A stretch of 64,000 nt of DNA from contig CAUYUJ010000047.1 in NCBI GenBank assembly GCA_963575745.1, positions 1 through 64,000 on the forward strand. The letters are read 5' to 3'. Below the pieces are notes generated by a model. That model did no database searches, was not told the DNA's origin, and saw only the letters and a program-made list of their open reading frames with translations. Source of the stretch: Prorocentrum cordatum. Its lineage: Eukaryota. Each line of letters begins with the position of its first letter. Positions within the stretch are counted from its first letter, which is position 1. This document shows positions 1-12,685 of the stretch, in pieces. A program made the position numbers and the translations under genes.

Positions 1-147
1 GAGGAGGAGGAGGAGGAGGAGAGGTTCCAGGCTTCTGGGCGTTTTCGTCGGTTCTCGGCGGTCTTCTGGCCCTGGGCTGCTCACCGGCAGCTGCGCCGCG
101 CCCAGGGCGTTGGGGGGGGCGCCCGGAGCGTCGCGCACGGCCGCCAG

Positions 148-310
148 TCAGGAGGGGAAACAACACACAAACACAATTGATCGTCGATTCCCAGAAAATA
201 TGGGAAGATATGGGAAGTGGGAGGGAAGACAGAAACCCAGAAAATATGGGAAAATATTGGGGGTATTTTTATTTGTGTGTATTTATTTGTGTGTCCCAGT
301 TCCCCTTCAG
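148..310 (+). mobile_element. MITE-like family B, copy 1 (163 bp)
   Basis: TCAGGAGG...CCCCTTCAG with imperfect TIR (GRAGGGGAA..ACACACAAA), internal CCCAGAAAATATGGGA repeats, flanked by CCAG/CCAG. Homologous to 5933, 14798 and 63876. Confidence 0.85.
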
Positions 311-1140
311 CCAGAGACCAGAGTTGATCGCCCGAAAGTCAGCTTCAGGGGGGGTTGGGCTTATGATGTCCCAACCTACGTCAGCTTGAATCACCAGAAA
401 GAGTTGCGAGCACCAAGGAAGTACCGAAATCTGAGGGTTTTCGCGTGTCCGGCTCTGGGAGGCGATGCTCGTTCGACAGTGCTCCGATACTTTTCTGGAT
501 GCCCGGAATGAATTGTCAGGTGTGGTCCTTGAGTACGATGGGAGCAGCAGAATGTCAGGCTCAGGGGAGAACCCGAGCATTTTCTTTGCGTGGAAATGCC
601 GTTCCGATTGATTTTCGAGGTTGAATCTGCAGAAGGTGAATCACAAGACGGATTGGTTTTCAAGGTGCAAAAAAAAACATATGGATCTCACCCTGAGCCC
701 TCCACCCCAAGAAAATGCCCAGAGAACGCATCGGCCCCCACTCCCCGCTCATCGCCGACAGGGGCCCGATGGGCCACCCCGCCTCAAGACTGCGCGGGCT
801 CGTTGCCGTCGGCCCTTCGCCGATCAGTCTCGGCGACGCAGCTCCGACTCCCGCTCGACCTTCCCCTCCTGGAGCAGGTCCCCCCTGACGGCCTCCTTCG
901 GTTCAGCGGGCGAGGCGCTGCGGCCGTCCTCCGGAAGGAGGGAGCAGAGCAGGAGGCGGGACGGGAGGAAAAGGAGGTGGAGGAGCAGGCGGGTGCGGAG
1001 TCGGAGGAGGAGGAGGAGGAGGAGGAGGAGGAGGAGGAGGAGTAGAGGGACGGAAGAGGAGGAGGAGGAGGAGGAGGAGGAGGCGGGCCGGAGGAGAGGG
1101 GGGGACAGGAGGAGGAGGAGGAGGAGGAGGAGGAGGAGGA

Positions 1141-2025
1141 GGACCAGTGTAAACCCAAGAGTCATCAACGATGTTGGAGTCAACCCTCCCTCCAACCTCC
1201 CTCCTCATAGACCCCTGCAACGGTTCATTTCCATTGAAGGAAGTGCCTCGATGGGAAACAAGCGTTTGAAGAGCCTGACGCATGCCAACACATTGTTCTC
1301 AGGATTTGAACGCCACCGATCAACCTGACTGCTGCGTCTTGACGATCCGGAATCGTGCCAGAACGTCATGTTTGGGGACTTCAACATCGCGAATCAACAT
1401 AGCAGTTGCACCCGCATAATCCTGAATCTTCCCAAATCACCATGTCCAGTAGGTTGGCCATGGGAACCCTTGAAACTCTTCCAAATGTTTGAAACGAAAG
1501 TGCGCGGCGCTAAGGAGAGCCACAGTTTGAAAATGAGCTGCCCTCAATCCGTGAGGCTCTAGCAATGGTTTAAAACGAATGCGCACGGCGCTAAGGCGAG
1601 AGCCATATTTTGAAAACGACCCGCCTTCAATCCGTGAAACTCTTGCAGATTTCCAAAACGAATGTGCGAGGCGCTACGGCGAGAGCCACATATTGAAAAC
1701 CACGCGCCCTCAATCCGTGAAATGCAAATGTAAACAAAAACGAATGTGCGCGGCGCTAAGGCGAGAGCCACAGTTTGAAAACGGCCCGCCCTCAATCCGT
1801 GAAACTCTTGCAAATGTTTAAAACGAATGTGCGCGTGTTAAGGCGAGAGCCACATTTTGAAAACCACCCGCCCTCCATCTGTGAAGCCGTTGCCACTCAT
1901 TACGCTTCAGAGGCATAAGTGGTGAGGAAGTCTGAGGCGAAACGCCCGCCCCCCCCTGAAACTGGCCTCGGGATGCGACAGGGAGAAATTATTCGTAAGG
2001 AAGAGAATTCAGGAGGAATTGGAAG
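1141..2025 (+). mobile_element. Dispersed repeat family A, copy 1, with internal ~83-bp tandem array
   Basis: Homologous to the reverse complement of 52290-53390. Tandem units (AAAACGAATGTGCGCGGCGCTAAGGCGAGAGCCACATTTTG...) start near 1491, 1572, 1655, 1737 and 1820. GGA-rich tracts on both sides. Confidence 0.85.
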
Positions 2026-3069
2026 ACGAAGAGGAGGAGGATGCGGCGGAGGAGGGGAAACAGAAGGAGAAGAAGGAGCTCGAAATTGACAGGCTCGACC
2101 TCAGCGACGAAACAGCTCACCGCATCGGCACGGCAGCGGGACACGTCGGACACGGAGCGCGCACGAGGCGTGCCGAAACAGGCGGGGTGGCACTGTGAGG
2201 GCGCCCTCCCCGGGGCCACAGGAGGGGGGGAGCTCCCTGTGGAGGGAGCTGCGGTGCGACGCGGCTCTGCGGAGTCCAAGCGGAGGCCCAACATACGCGG
2301 GGGGGGTGGGGACGCATCGAGTGTCACGCGTAGCTTTTCCTCCTCCTTCTTCTCCTCCTCCTCACCTACTCCTCCTCCTCCCTCCTCCTCCTCCTCCATC
2401 TCCTCCTCCTTCCTCCTTCCCTCCTCCTCCTCTCACTCATCCTCCCTCCGCCTCCTCAGTATCCTTCTTCCTCCTCCTCCTCCTCCTCCCCCTCTTCCCT
2501 CTACGCTGGGCTCCTCCTCCCCCCCTCTCTCGCTCTTCCCGCTCCCGTCTGTGCCCCACTAGGGCCCCACGGTGCCCCTCGGTCTTGCCTCGGCCGCGGC
2601 CTGGTGCCCGGCCGCCGCGACCGAAGCCGTGCTGCCCGCGCGCTCTTATGGTGCAGGGTCGGCGAGAGCGTGCACCCGCAAGGCCAGCGCATGCGCACTA
2701 CCTAGCAGCGCTTCTGACAGGGGAACTCCTCAGGACCAGGTGCGGCGTGACCCGCGTGGTGCTGCTTGTCAACAGATTCGCGCGCGTTGCCCCGATTGAT
2801 ACGGTTTGATATGGAGAGTCGCTTGGGCCCGATGCGGCATTGCTGGACCTGACGTCGAGGGTACGACTGAAAAGATCAACCGGCCCCCGAGATGTTGCGT
2901 TAAACGCGCCCGCCCTCGCAATCACGCAGCTTGACTCGTCCGCAACTTCTCGTGATCTCGAGCTCCTCCGTCCTTAGTGGGCCCTGGAAACGACAGGGCC
3001 GATTTTTTTACCGGTTCCGTTTTGCCGTTTTTGTTGCCGGTTCCGACGCCGTTTTTGTTACCCGGGCTT

Positions 3070-3176
3070 GTTTTTTTTCTTTTCCTTTTCTTTTTTTTTG
3101 TTTTCCTTTTTTTTTTCACCCCACCTTTTTTTTTTCTCGTTTTTTCTTTTTTTGTCTCATTCTTGTTTCTTTCTTT

Positions 3177-3221
<45 letters not shown>

Positions 3222-3250
3222 CTGCTTTCCTCCTTTTTTTTCTTCTTTTT
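3070..3250. repeat. Poly(T)/pyrimidine tract
   Basis: About 180 bp dominated by T. Confidence 0.9.
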
Positions 3251-3728
3251 CCCCGTCGCCGTTTTTTGACCGGTTCCGGCTCCGGTTCCAATCCTGGAGC
3301 CGGTGTTGTGCCGTTTCCGGTCGCCGTTTTTTTGCCGCTGCCATTGTCAAGGGCCATCTTTTTTGGGGGAAACGGCGCAAGAACGGCCCGGCCGTGTCCG
3401 GGGCCCACAAGGCCTCCGTCACGTGCGGCAGGCCGTGGCGCCAGCGAGGGGTGGGAGCTCGTGGGCCACGCGTGGCGGGCACGCCACCGCGTGGGCGCCT
3501 CCTCGCTCGATCGAGGCGGCTTCGCGGTCGAGCGGGCCGGGCTGGGCCGGGCCACGGGCGGGCCAAAGGCGGGCGGGCGGGGCGGGGCGTGCCTGCCGCG
3601 GGCGCCGCTCCCCGTGCACAGTGGGCGCGGCACCGGCACGAGGTCGCGCTCGCTGGAGCCGCGCGCGTGGGTGTCCTGCCCGATGGGTCTGGCACTCGGA
3701 TGTCCCGCCCAGCCCAGCACTACAGCAA

Positions 3729-3980
3729 GGACCGACCGTCCCGGCATTCCCCTAGGCCCACCACGAGATGTTCTTGGAACCAAAACATGTTCTAAGAACT
3801 AAACCAGCGTTCTTGTAGCGTGAGCCCGGTGTGTTAAAACAAGACAGTCCCAGACAGACATGTTCTAAGAAGATTTCGTGGAGACCACAAAGAGTTCTTT
3901 TGAGCAGGGACCGACCGTCCCGGCATTCCTATAGTCCTACCACGAAATGTTCTCAGAACCCAAACATGTTCTAAGAACCC
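3729..3980 (+). repeat. Family D repeat (about 1.4 tandem units of ~179 bp) rich in GTTCTNAGAAC palindromes
   Basis: GGACCGACCGTCCCGGCATTCC at 3729 and 3908; inverted homologue at 63705-63875. Confidence 0.75.
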
Positions 3981-5932
3981 ACGGCGCGGTCTTGTCCGGG
4001 TGGCGAGAGGCAGCGGCACCTCAAGCAGGGCTTCGGTTGAACACCCGATGGCTTCGGTGAACATTCGACTACGTTGCGAGAAGACCAACTGCGCTTCATG
4101 GCGTTCACAGGTACGCGCGAGCCCAAAAAAGCGGCAGATCATCAGTTTGCACTATCTCGTGAATGGAGCGATGGCGCTCCAGGTTTTCGACAGGTGCGCG
4201 CGGGCAAAACATGCAGCAGATCATCATTGGAGACCGTAGCCTTGGTTGACAGATAGCTTGGCGTACTGAAAACCCTGGCCATCTCCCCCCCTGAGTTGGC
4301 CATGAGTGCGCACGTGGACCCCATGATGGTATACGATAAGGAGTCCTGGGGCATGGATTTCCAATAGCAGCGCATGCGCGCCGAGCGATATATTGATCGC
4401 AGGGAGTGTACGGGACCAGACGAAGCGTGGCCTGCATGGTATTCTTGTGGAGGCCTTACGGCCAGTGCCGCGACGACGACGACGACGACAACGACGACGA
4501 CGACAACGACAGCGACGATCTGATTACCCCGCCGCAGGCTCGGGACATGGGGCGGGCGGTGGAATGAGGAGGAGGAAGAAGAGGAGGATGAGGAGGAGAA
4601 GGCGGAGGAGAGGGCGGAGGGGGAGGAGGAGGGTACTGCGGGACTGGGCGAGGCGTGGCTTGCATGGTATTGCCTGGTGCGGGGAATGCGCGCGCGTGGC
4701 TCGCAGTGCGGTGTTCTTGCCGGGGGGAGGGACCCGGCTTGATGCGGCCCTAGCCAGGGCTCGGGCGAATGGCAGTGTGAGCAAAAGGAGCGGATGCCAC
4801 GTCAGAGGGGAGGAGCATGAGGGCCAGGCGGAAGAGGACGGGGATGACGAGGGCCAGGAAGAAGAGGACGAGGAGGAGAAGAGGAGAAGGACAAGGAAGA
4901 GGACGAACGACGACAGCGGCGATGGTGAGGAGCAGCAGGAGGGAGCCAGAGGGCGCAGACCGAGGTGTGTTACTTCAGGCTTTGCGAACAAGACAGGAAG
5001 AATAATGATAATGCACGAAGAGGGGCGGAGCACGGGAAGGCAACAACGAGGATGAGCTGCGAGGGGGGATGGATGAGTCTTGCTTGCCAGGGCTGACCGT
5101 AGGCGATGCTCAGGAGCTGGGTCTGGAAGCCCAGAGGAGCTTGCACGTGGCGTATGCCTCGAGTGGCGGAAATACACCGCCGCGACAGCAGCTTCAGCAG
5201 TTTCCGATCGTCGACGTATCTCCCATCCCTCTCAAGTTTTCCAAGATGACATCCGGCTGACGGCGTTCTGGGGAGTAGGTCCGATCTTTTTGTGGCGACG
5301 TACCCCGTTAGTTTAAAAAGGGCCAGGAACTATTCCGCGCCAAATTGCAATTACAATTCATTGCACGGGATGCGCTTCCACGCGGAGTAGATGTTACTCC
5401 GCATATTCGGCCGACTCGCAATCACGGCGAATTCGGAGTGATGAACAATTCCGTCACGGCGATGTATGCATCTTGACGCGATAGGTTTGCCCAAGTTTGT
5501 GAGAAAGGTGTGCGTGCATGTTTCCTCCACTGGTTCATCTTATCATTAGGACGGTTCGTCCAGCAGAAGCTGAACGTTCAAAACACAACATTTTGGAATG
5601 GACGTCTGAAGCAGTTCGTGCCAGAGAGGTCCTGTCCAATGGAATGACAGACACCCTGTGGCAATCAGCTCGCTCAAGTGCCAAGCCGAATGTATAGATT
5701 TCTGCTGGTTCGGTGCCAGCCACGTCTTCCTGCGCAGCGACTGAAAGCGAGAGGATCAGTTGCATCACTCGGGGGGCCCAACAAAAAACAGCCGCCCGCC
5801 GCCACCTCCATCCGCCCTCCTCCACTGTCGCACCACCCGGTGGGCGCACTTCGGCGAGTTGTCTGTGCTGGCTGCGCACGAAGGAGAATGAACTCTTCGC
5901 TATAGCCGAACACGTGCTCAGCAGCATGGCAT

Positions 5933-6095
5933 TCAGGAGGGGAAAAAACACACAGACACAATTGATCGGCGATTCCCAGAAAATATGGGAACATATGGGA
6001 AGTGGGGGGGGAGACAAAAACCCAGAAAATATTGGAAAACATGAGGAAACTTTTTATTTGTGTGTATTTATTTGTGTGTCCCAGTTCCCCTTCAG
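5933..6095 (+). mobile_element. MITE-like family B, copy 2
   Basis: Aligns end to end with 148-310; flanks GCAT/GCAC. Confidence 0.85.
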
Positions 6096-6660
6096 GCACA
6101 GGGGGCAGAGAAGGGGAGGCCACGACGGCGACGACGTAGAGGGAGGACAGCAGGGACGCGGACGACGACGTCGACAAGGACGGCGACGACGCGGCGAGAG
6201 GGCGAGGGGGGAGGAGCGGGGGACGGAGGAGCTAGGGGGGGAAGAGGAGGAGGAGGAGGCGGGAGGAGGAGGAGGAGGAGGAGGAGGAGGAGGAGGAGGA
6301 GGAGGACGAGGAGGAGGAGGAGGAGGAGGAGGAGGAGGAGGAGGAGGGAGGAGGGAGGGGGGAGGGAGAAGGAGGAGGAGGGGAAGGAGGAGGGAGGAGC
6401 AGGAGGAGGAGTGGGGAGGGAGAAGGAGGAGGACGAGGACGAGAGGGAGGAGGAGGAGAGGAGGAGGCGGAGGAGGAGGAGGAGGAGGGGGCCGGGCATG
6501 GACCAAGGGCGACAGCGGCGATGGACCCCTGCCCTCCAGCTCGGCCCCGCCGCGCCTGGCCACCCCGCGGGGGCCGCTGAGGCCACGCCCGCGTGCTCCT
6601 GGGCACCCCAGATGGGGCAGGCGGCCGGCTCGGCACCGGGCACCAGGCGCGCCCCGAGAC

Positions 6661-6816
6661 TGAGGTCGGGCATGTCCTCCCACAGGCGGATTTTTCATGA
6701 AAAATTAAGCACATCAGAAAAAAAACAAATATTCGAAAGTAGGCCAAACATCGTCTCCAGATTGCCTTTTGACTAGTTTTGGGTACTCCTCCTGTAGAGG
6801 GACACGCCCGACTTCA
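6661..6816. mobile_element. MITE family F (26-bp TIR, 8-bp TSD; hAT-like)
   Basis: TGAGGTCGGGCATGTCCTCCCACAGG...CCTGTAGAGGGACACGCCCGACTTCA; flanks CCCGAGAC/CCCCAGAC. Confidence 0.75.
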
Positions 6817-7309
6817 CCCCAGACCCCGTCGCGCTGTGGAGGAATAACGGCGGGAGGTGTGTCGCTATTTTCGGCCTCCAGGGGCCCTCCTCACTGGGCC
6901 CCGGGACCGTCAAAAAAGGGCCCATGCTGGGAAAAACCGGTCCCGAGCAAGAGGTCCACAGACCTCTGGGGGTCGACGTGGTGACCAAAAGCACGGCGTC
7001 TGGGGTCCAGACCTCCCTCCCTCCAAGGAGGGAGGGCCAGGGGAGACAACGGTGCGGTTGGGAATTTTGGCTGAGCAGGTCACGCTCCCCGTTCCGGCCC
7101 ATCTCGCTCCGGCGCGACGCGCTATCAACCTCATGTTCCCAAGGCGTCAACGCACCGAGATGACTCAACGCGCCCCGCTCCGACTCCCCGGCGTTCTTCT
7201 GTGTGGTGCTCTTGGGGGGGCGAGGAGGGGGGGCAGGGACGCAAGGAGGGAGGAGGGGGAGGGAGGAGCGGTCCTCTCTTCTTCCTGGGCGTTCCGTTGC
7301 CGAGGAGAC

Positions 7310-7435
7310 GCAAATATGGATCAAGGCGTGTGGAGCAGCGACTTGCCCCGCTTCTGTACAACATCGGCGCTCACGTTCCACGATCCGTGCCTGGCATCCA
7401 CGCGCCAGATCCACGGATCCCTTATCCATATTAGC
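7310..7435. mobile_element. TIR repeat family M, copy 1
   Basis: GCAAATATGGATCAAGG...CCTTATCCATATTAGC; related to 8841-9013. Confidence 0.55.
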
Positions 7436-8010
7436 ATGTGCCCGACGGTTCCGTTTGGCACTCCCCCCCCCTTTGATGACCATGGTGCGGTGCAGCACTT
7501 AGTGCTGCATCTCCTGCTTCTTGGTCGTGGTGCTGAGCTGCGACTGTAGCGCGTCGGCCCGGTGGGCCAGAGTGGCGGTTTGCGCTCTGACGTTGCAGCT
7601 CGGGCTCCGCGATTCCGTAGGTCACGGAGCTGACGTTCTAGCTCGTCCACCTTCAGCTAGCTTGCGAGCACCTCCCAAGGCTGGCGGGGCGCTCGTGCAG
7701 CCTGAAGCCTGTTGCCATGACAACTGCGGAGGGAGAAGGAAGAGGAGGAGGAGAAGGAGGAGGAGGAGGTGGTGGAGGAGGAGGTGGAGGAAGTCAAGGG
7801 GGAGGCCTCAGGAGGGGGAGGGGAACGGAGACGTCGACGGAGGCGGAGGGGAAGGTGCGAGAGGAGGTCGACGAGGAAGCGGAAGACGACGGCGTTCACG
7901 AGGGGGAGACACAGGGAATACGACGGGGGTGACCACGGCCGATGAGCAAGAGGGGGAGCGAGCAAATGACCACGGTGCACATCCGCGCGACACATCAAGC
8001 GCGCCCTCGA

Positions 8011-8175
8011 TCAAGGGAGGAAAAAAAACACCCGGACCCGACACTTGGCGGTTATTGAACGGCCCTGGGCGTCTCCTAAACAGCCCCGCCCTGTTTGGTT
8101 CCTTCTCCGGGTGCGTTTGAGAAACAGCTTCGCGCGCCGGGGTGGTTGCCATCGGGGTGGATGTTCCGCCCTCTG
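8011..8175 (+). mobile_element. MITE-like family C, copy 1 (165 bp)
   Basis: TCAAGGGAGGAAAA...GCCCTCTG, imperfect TIR, 5-bp flanking duplication CTCGA/CTCGA. Homologous to 30855-31018. Confidence 0.8.
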
Positions 8176-8840
8176 CTCGAGGGCGCGAAGCTGTTTGCGA
8201 TTCGGCCTCGGTGCCTCCTCCTCCTCCTCCTCCCCCTCCTCCTCCTCCTCCTCCTCAGCCTCCTCCTCCTCCTCCTCCTCCTCCTCCTCCGGTGCCTCCT
8301 CGTCCTCCTCTTCTCTCCCCGGGGGCGGCGGCCCGCGCGGGAGCCCGAAGCCCCTCGCGAGCGCCTGCGGGAGCGCGAAGCTGGGCGCCCGGACCCCGCC
8401 ACGCGCAGAGGGGGGGGTGGGGGGGGGGAGGGGGAGGGCTTCCTCCTCCTCCTCCTCCTCCTCCTCCTCCCTCCTCCTCCTCCTCCTCCTCCTCCCCCCT
8501 CCTCCTCCCCCCCCTCCTCCCCTCCTCCTCCTCTCTCCTCCTCCTCCTCCTCCTCCTCCTCCTCCTCCTCCTCCTCCTCCTCCTCCTCCTCCTCCTCCTC
8601 CTCCTCCTCCTCCTCCTCCTCCTCCTCTCAGGAGCGACAGAAGGACGTACACGTACATGAATCCACGCTGGTTTCGAGAGTTGCCCGAAAGTTCGTAACA
8701 CGCGGCCGGTCTCGCAGATCGAGGGGCCGTGTTCATGTACATAGCTGGGCGCGTACGTCCTTTGTGGGCTCCCTATCCTCCTCCTCCTCCTCCTCCTCCA
8801 GCCCCTCCTCGCCTCCTAGAGGGCTTCTTAGAAGGCGATC

Positions 8841-9013
8841 GCAAACATGGATTAAGGGGGCGTGGATTAGCGACGGGCTCCGTTTTCATGGGAAATCGCG
8901 GATTGTCGCCGCCGAGCGAGGCAGCACCGGCCGCATTTCGGGGAGGGCACCTCCCCCGATCCACGGATTTGGCGACCGCGCGCCAAATCCATGGATCGCT
9001 AATGCATGTTTGC
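8841..9013. mobile_element. TIR repeat family M, copy 2
   Basis: GCAAACATGGATTA...TAATGCATGTTTGC inverted ends; shares GATCCACGGAT with 7310-7435. Confidence 0.55.
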
Positions 9014-9664
9014 GCGCCCCCGATTCTTAGAAGGCGCGGGCCTGATATATAGATGTAAGGCCGGCGCCTTTCACGAAGCCGCCTCCTCTTAAGAAGCCCT
9101 CCACGCTCCCTCCACCCCCTTGTGCACGCCGCCAACTTGCCCATCGGAAACACGCAGTAATGAAACTTCACACACGCGCACGTATCATGATTTTGCTGTG
9201 CTGATTATACAGGACCATCTTGGCGCTTCTCGGCCGCTCAGATTTCGCCATCGGTCTATATATATACCTGAAGGGTTGTGTCGACCATCGATTGCTGACA
9301 GAGTTTGGACGAGTGCTGCAGTTGTTGAATCGCTGACCCCCCGCACCAGAAAATGTGTTCGGTACGCTAGCAGCAATTGCCAGGAAGGGTCCTCCTCCTC
9401 CTCCTCCTCCTCCTCCTCTTCCTCCTGATGTTCTTGTCCGCCCCTCAAGTCTTCCTCCTCGTCCTCATCCATCCTCCCTCCTCCTCCCCCTCATGATCCT
9501 GATCATCATCCTCTTTATCCCTGTCGTCTCCCTCGCTATCCCTCCCTTTGTTTTTTCCTTATTGTTTTTGTTCTCTCTCTGTCTCTCTCTCTCTCTCTCT
9601 CCCTCTGCCCTTCATCCCTCGGCATTTACGTAGCATCCCGCAATTGCGGATAAGAGTGAGGGGG

Positions 9665-9870
9665 CGGGCGCGGGGTGGGTCGCGGGTGGGTCGCGGGTGG
9701 GTCGTGGGGTGGGTCGCGGGTGGGTCGCGGGTGGGTCTCGGGTGGGTCGCGGGGTGGGTCGTGGGTGGGTCGCGGGTGGGTCGCGCGGGTGGGTCGCGGG
9801 GTGGGTGGCGGGTGGGTCGCGGGGTGGGTCGCGGGTGGGTCGCGGGTGGGTCGCGGGCGGGTCGCGGAGC
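9665..9870. repeat. (GGGTGGGTCGC)n minisatellite
   Basis: 11-12-bp unit repeated in tandem. Confidence 0.9.
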
Positions 9871-11589
9871 GGGGGGGTGGAGGGGGGACGACGCAACAAA
9901 ACAACAACACGAATCCTCTCCGTGGATCCCCACTTCAGCCACGCACCCAAGGACAGTGAATGACCGTTCGGGCCCCCTCACTCTGGTATGTGCGGCTATG
10001 CTTTTACATACAGCTATGCACACATTATATACAAATACATTCCATACACATATGTAAACTAATAGGGCACTGAATCCTGCCCATCCGAGGTCTCACCGTC
10101 TCCCTCGTCCCCTTCCTCTGTATCCTCTTGGCGCTCTCTGATTCCTTGCCCCGATTATGTTCATGTCAGTTATGTTTGCCTCGTGGTCTCATCTCTCTCA
10201 CTGTGGACACCAGCACATGATCATGTTGTCACGCTCTCTTTTGTCATCCGTCATCTCCACGACTTGCTGACTCCCGCAAGCAGCTGCGCCTCCTGCACTC
10301 TGCGCGAGAAGCCGAACCACCCGCTACAGGCAGCTGGGTTGATTAAGTGGGTCGTTTGCTTTATCTCTCTCTCTCTATCCCTCTCTCCCTCTCTCTCCCT
10401 CTCTCCATCGTTCTCTGTCGCATGTTCTCTGTCTCTGGCTCCGTCACCTTTTAGTTGTGTTCTTCTCTGTCTCTCGCTCTCTCAACCTTTGATTATTGCT
10501 TCATGTTTTTGTTTTCTCTCTCTCTCTCTCTCTCTGTCGCTCTCTTCCCCCATTCCCCTCTTCTTGCTCGCTCCCCCCCAATCTCTTCGTCCCCTCCTCT
10601 CCCTCGTCGTCGCGGTACCTGGGAACCTTCTGACGCAGAGAGCAAGAGCAGTGTGGGTGTTAGGCACGAGGGTGGATTTCCCCAGGGACCGCCACCTCTT
10701 CGCGCAAGGATAGGAGAAGCATTGTGCGGGGGGCGTCGAGAATTATTACGGAACGGGGTTGAGAGGGTGACGATGTGGGTTGCAACGAAGATGGCGATTG
10801 AGGTGGTAAGCGCAACGTCGTTTTTTGAAGATGGTGGTGGCGGTAATGAGCATGTTTATGATGATGGTGATGGTGTCGATGGTCATGATGATGGCAACGA
10901 GCACGAATTGAAGCCACATGGGGAGGACCGAGGGAGGGATGGAGGAGGAGAGTGACGAGTGATCAACGACCATAGATGGTAATGGGCTCAGTGGAGAGGA
11001 GAGGGAGAAGTTGCAACAACAATGAGTTTAAGGTAACCATGCAGAGGTCAGGTCAAGACATTGTTGTCCTCCTGCGGAGTCCGGTCCGTGTCTACGATCC
11101 CCCTGCTTCCACTCAAATTCATGTTTATATTGGGGTTTGTTTGCTTGTCATCTGGGGAATCGAAGGTAAGGGCGGCGTTGAAAAGAAAGGCACTTGTGGA
11201 GGAGATGCGGTTTGCCATTCGGTCGTTTGCTCGTGCTTCGAATCCTGTTCTACTCTCATTCCCCTCGTTCCGCCTCAACCTCCTCCACCTGTCCATTCCT
11301 GACCCGCGTCTCGGTAATCACCGGTTCCTTTCCCCTTTTCTTCTCCAAATATTCCGCATGTCGCATATCCTTCCTTCTACCCCATCCTCCATTTCCAACC
11401 CCTACCCTCTACGAAATGTATCGCCCGTCTGCCAACCAGAGCCCGCCTAATCAAGTAGCTGGGCGCCGCGACGCGTGCCAAAATGGTGAGCCCGACATGT
11501 GCAGTGACGACGGTCGGTTCAAGAGTTCCCCCTTCGTCCACGCAGGCAGCAAGCAAGCCCTCATCATGAGGTCGTATGTTCATGCTTTT

Positions 11590-11944
11590 CATCATCAACC
11601 TCCTCCCTCATCCTCATCACCATCCCTCCGTAGGACATCTACGTGCGCGTCATCATCATCAGTTACGTCACTACCATGACCAACATCATCATCAGCATCA
11701 GTAGCATCACTATCATTGCCAGCATCATCATCGTCGTCATCGTCATCATCATGAGCAGCATCAGCATCGTCATCAGCATCACCTTCGTTTTCATCATCGG
11801 TCTCATCTGCATCGACATCAACATCAGCATCATCATCGTTGTCATCATCAGCAACATCATGATTATCCGATTCCTCCGCTTCAGCCTCATCCGCCTCCTC
11901 AAAATCCTCATCACCATCATCAGCATCATCATCACCACCAGGAC

Positions 11945-11978
<34 letters not shown>

Positions 11979-12595
11979 GTCGTCGTCATCATTAGCATCC
12001 ACATCATGGTCCGCACCATCATCATCACCATCATCATCGGCATCGACATCAGCATCAGCATCATCATCGTCGTCATCATCAACCTTATCATCATGCTCCT
12101 CCTATTCCTCTGCCTCGGACTCCTTCGCCTCCTCATCATCATCACCGTCATCGCCAGCATCAGCATCATCACCGACATCATCATGATCATCATCATCACC
12201 AGCATCATCAGCATCATCATCATGAACATCCTCATCATCAGCAGCATCGACATCTTCTTCGGCATTGGCATCGGTACCAGCATCAACATCATCATCATCA
12301 TCTTTATCATCATCAGCAGCATCATCATGATCCTGATATTTCTCATCAGCCTCTTCCGCCTCATCATCCTCATCACCATCATCATCATCATCATCCTCAT
12401 CATCATCATCATCATCATCGCCAGCATTAGCATCATCAAGAACAGCAACAACGACATCAACATCCACATCATCAACGTCATCATCACCATCAACATCGTC
12501 AATCTCAGCATCAGCAGCAGCAGCATCAACATCATCATCAGCAGCAGCATCATCTCCATCATTAGCATCATCAGCAGCAGCAGCAGCATCATCTC
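11590..12595. repeat. Degenerate (CAT)n microsatellite
   Basis: About 1 kb of CAT/CAG/CGT triplets. Confidence 0.95.
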
Positions 12596-12646
12596 TCCTC
12601 GCGCCTCGCTCCTTGCTCCATCCCTTCCGCTTCCCCACCCCCCAGC

Positions 12647-12685
<39 letters not shown>

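Noticed and set aside
148..310. Family B as an introner (CAG|GA...CAG)
   Set aside because: Splicing at those sites would leave about 8 extra nt, and the copies are not flanked by recognisable coding sequence.
1471..1893. CRISPR-like regular repeats (also 20455-21100)
   Set aside because: Whole units are repeated with no unique spacers, there are no cas genes, and the context is eukaryotic.
4000..5900. Non-repetitive, coding-like patches (also 2640-2990, 29640-30340, 44090-44450, 54850-55500)
   Set aside because: Possibly old TE fragments, but I could not recognise any motif in six frames. A translated profile search is needed.
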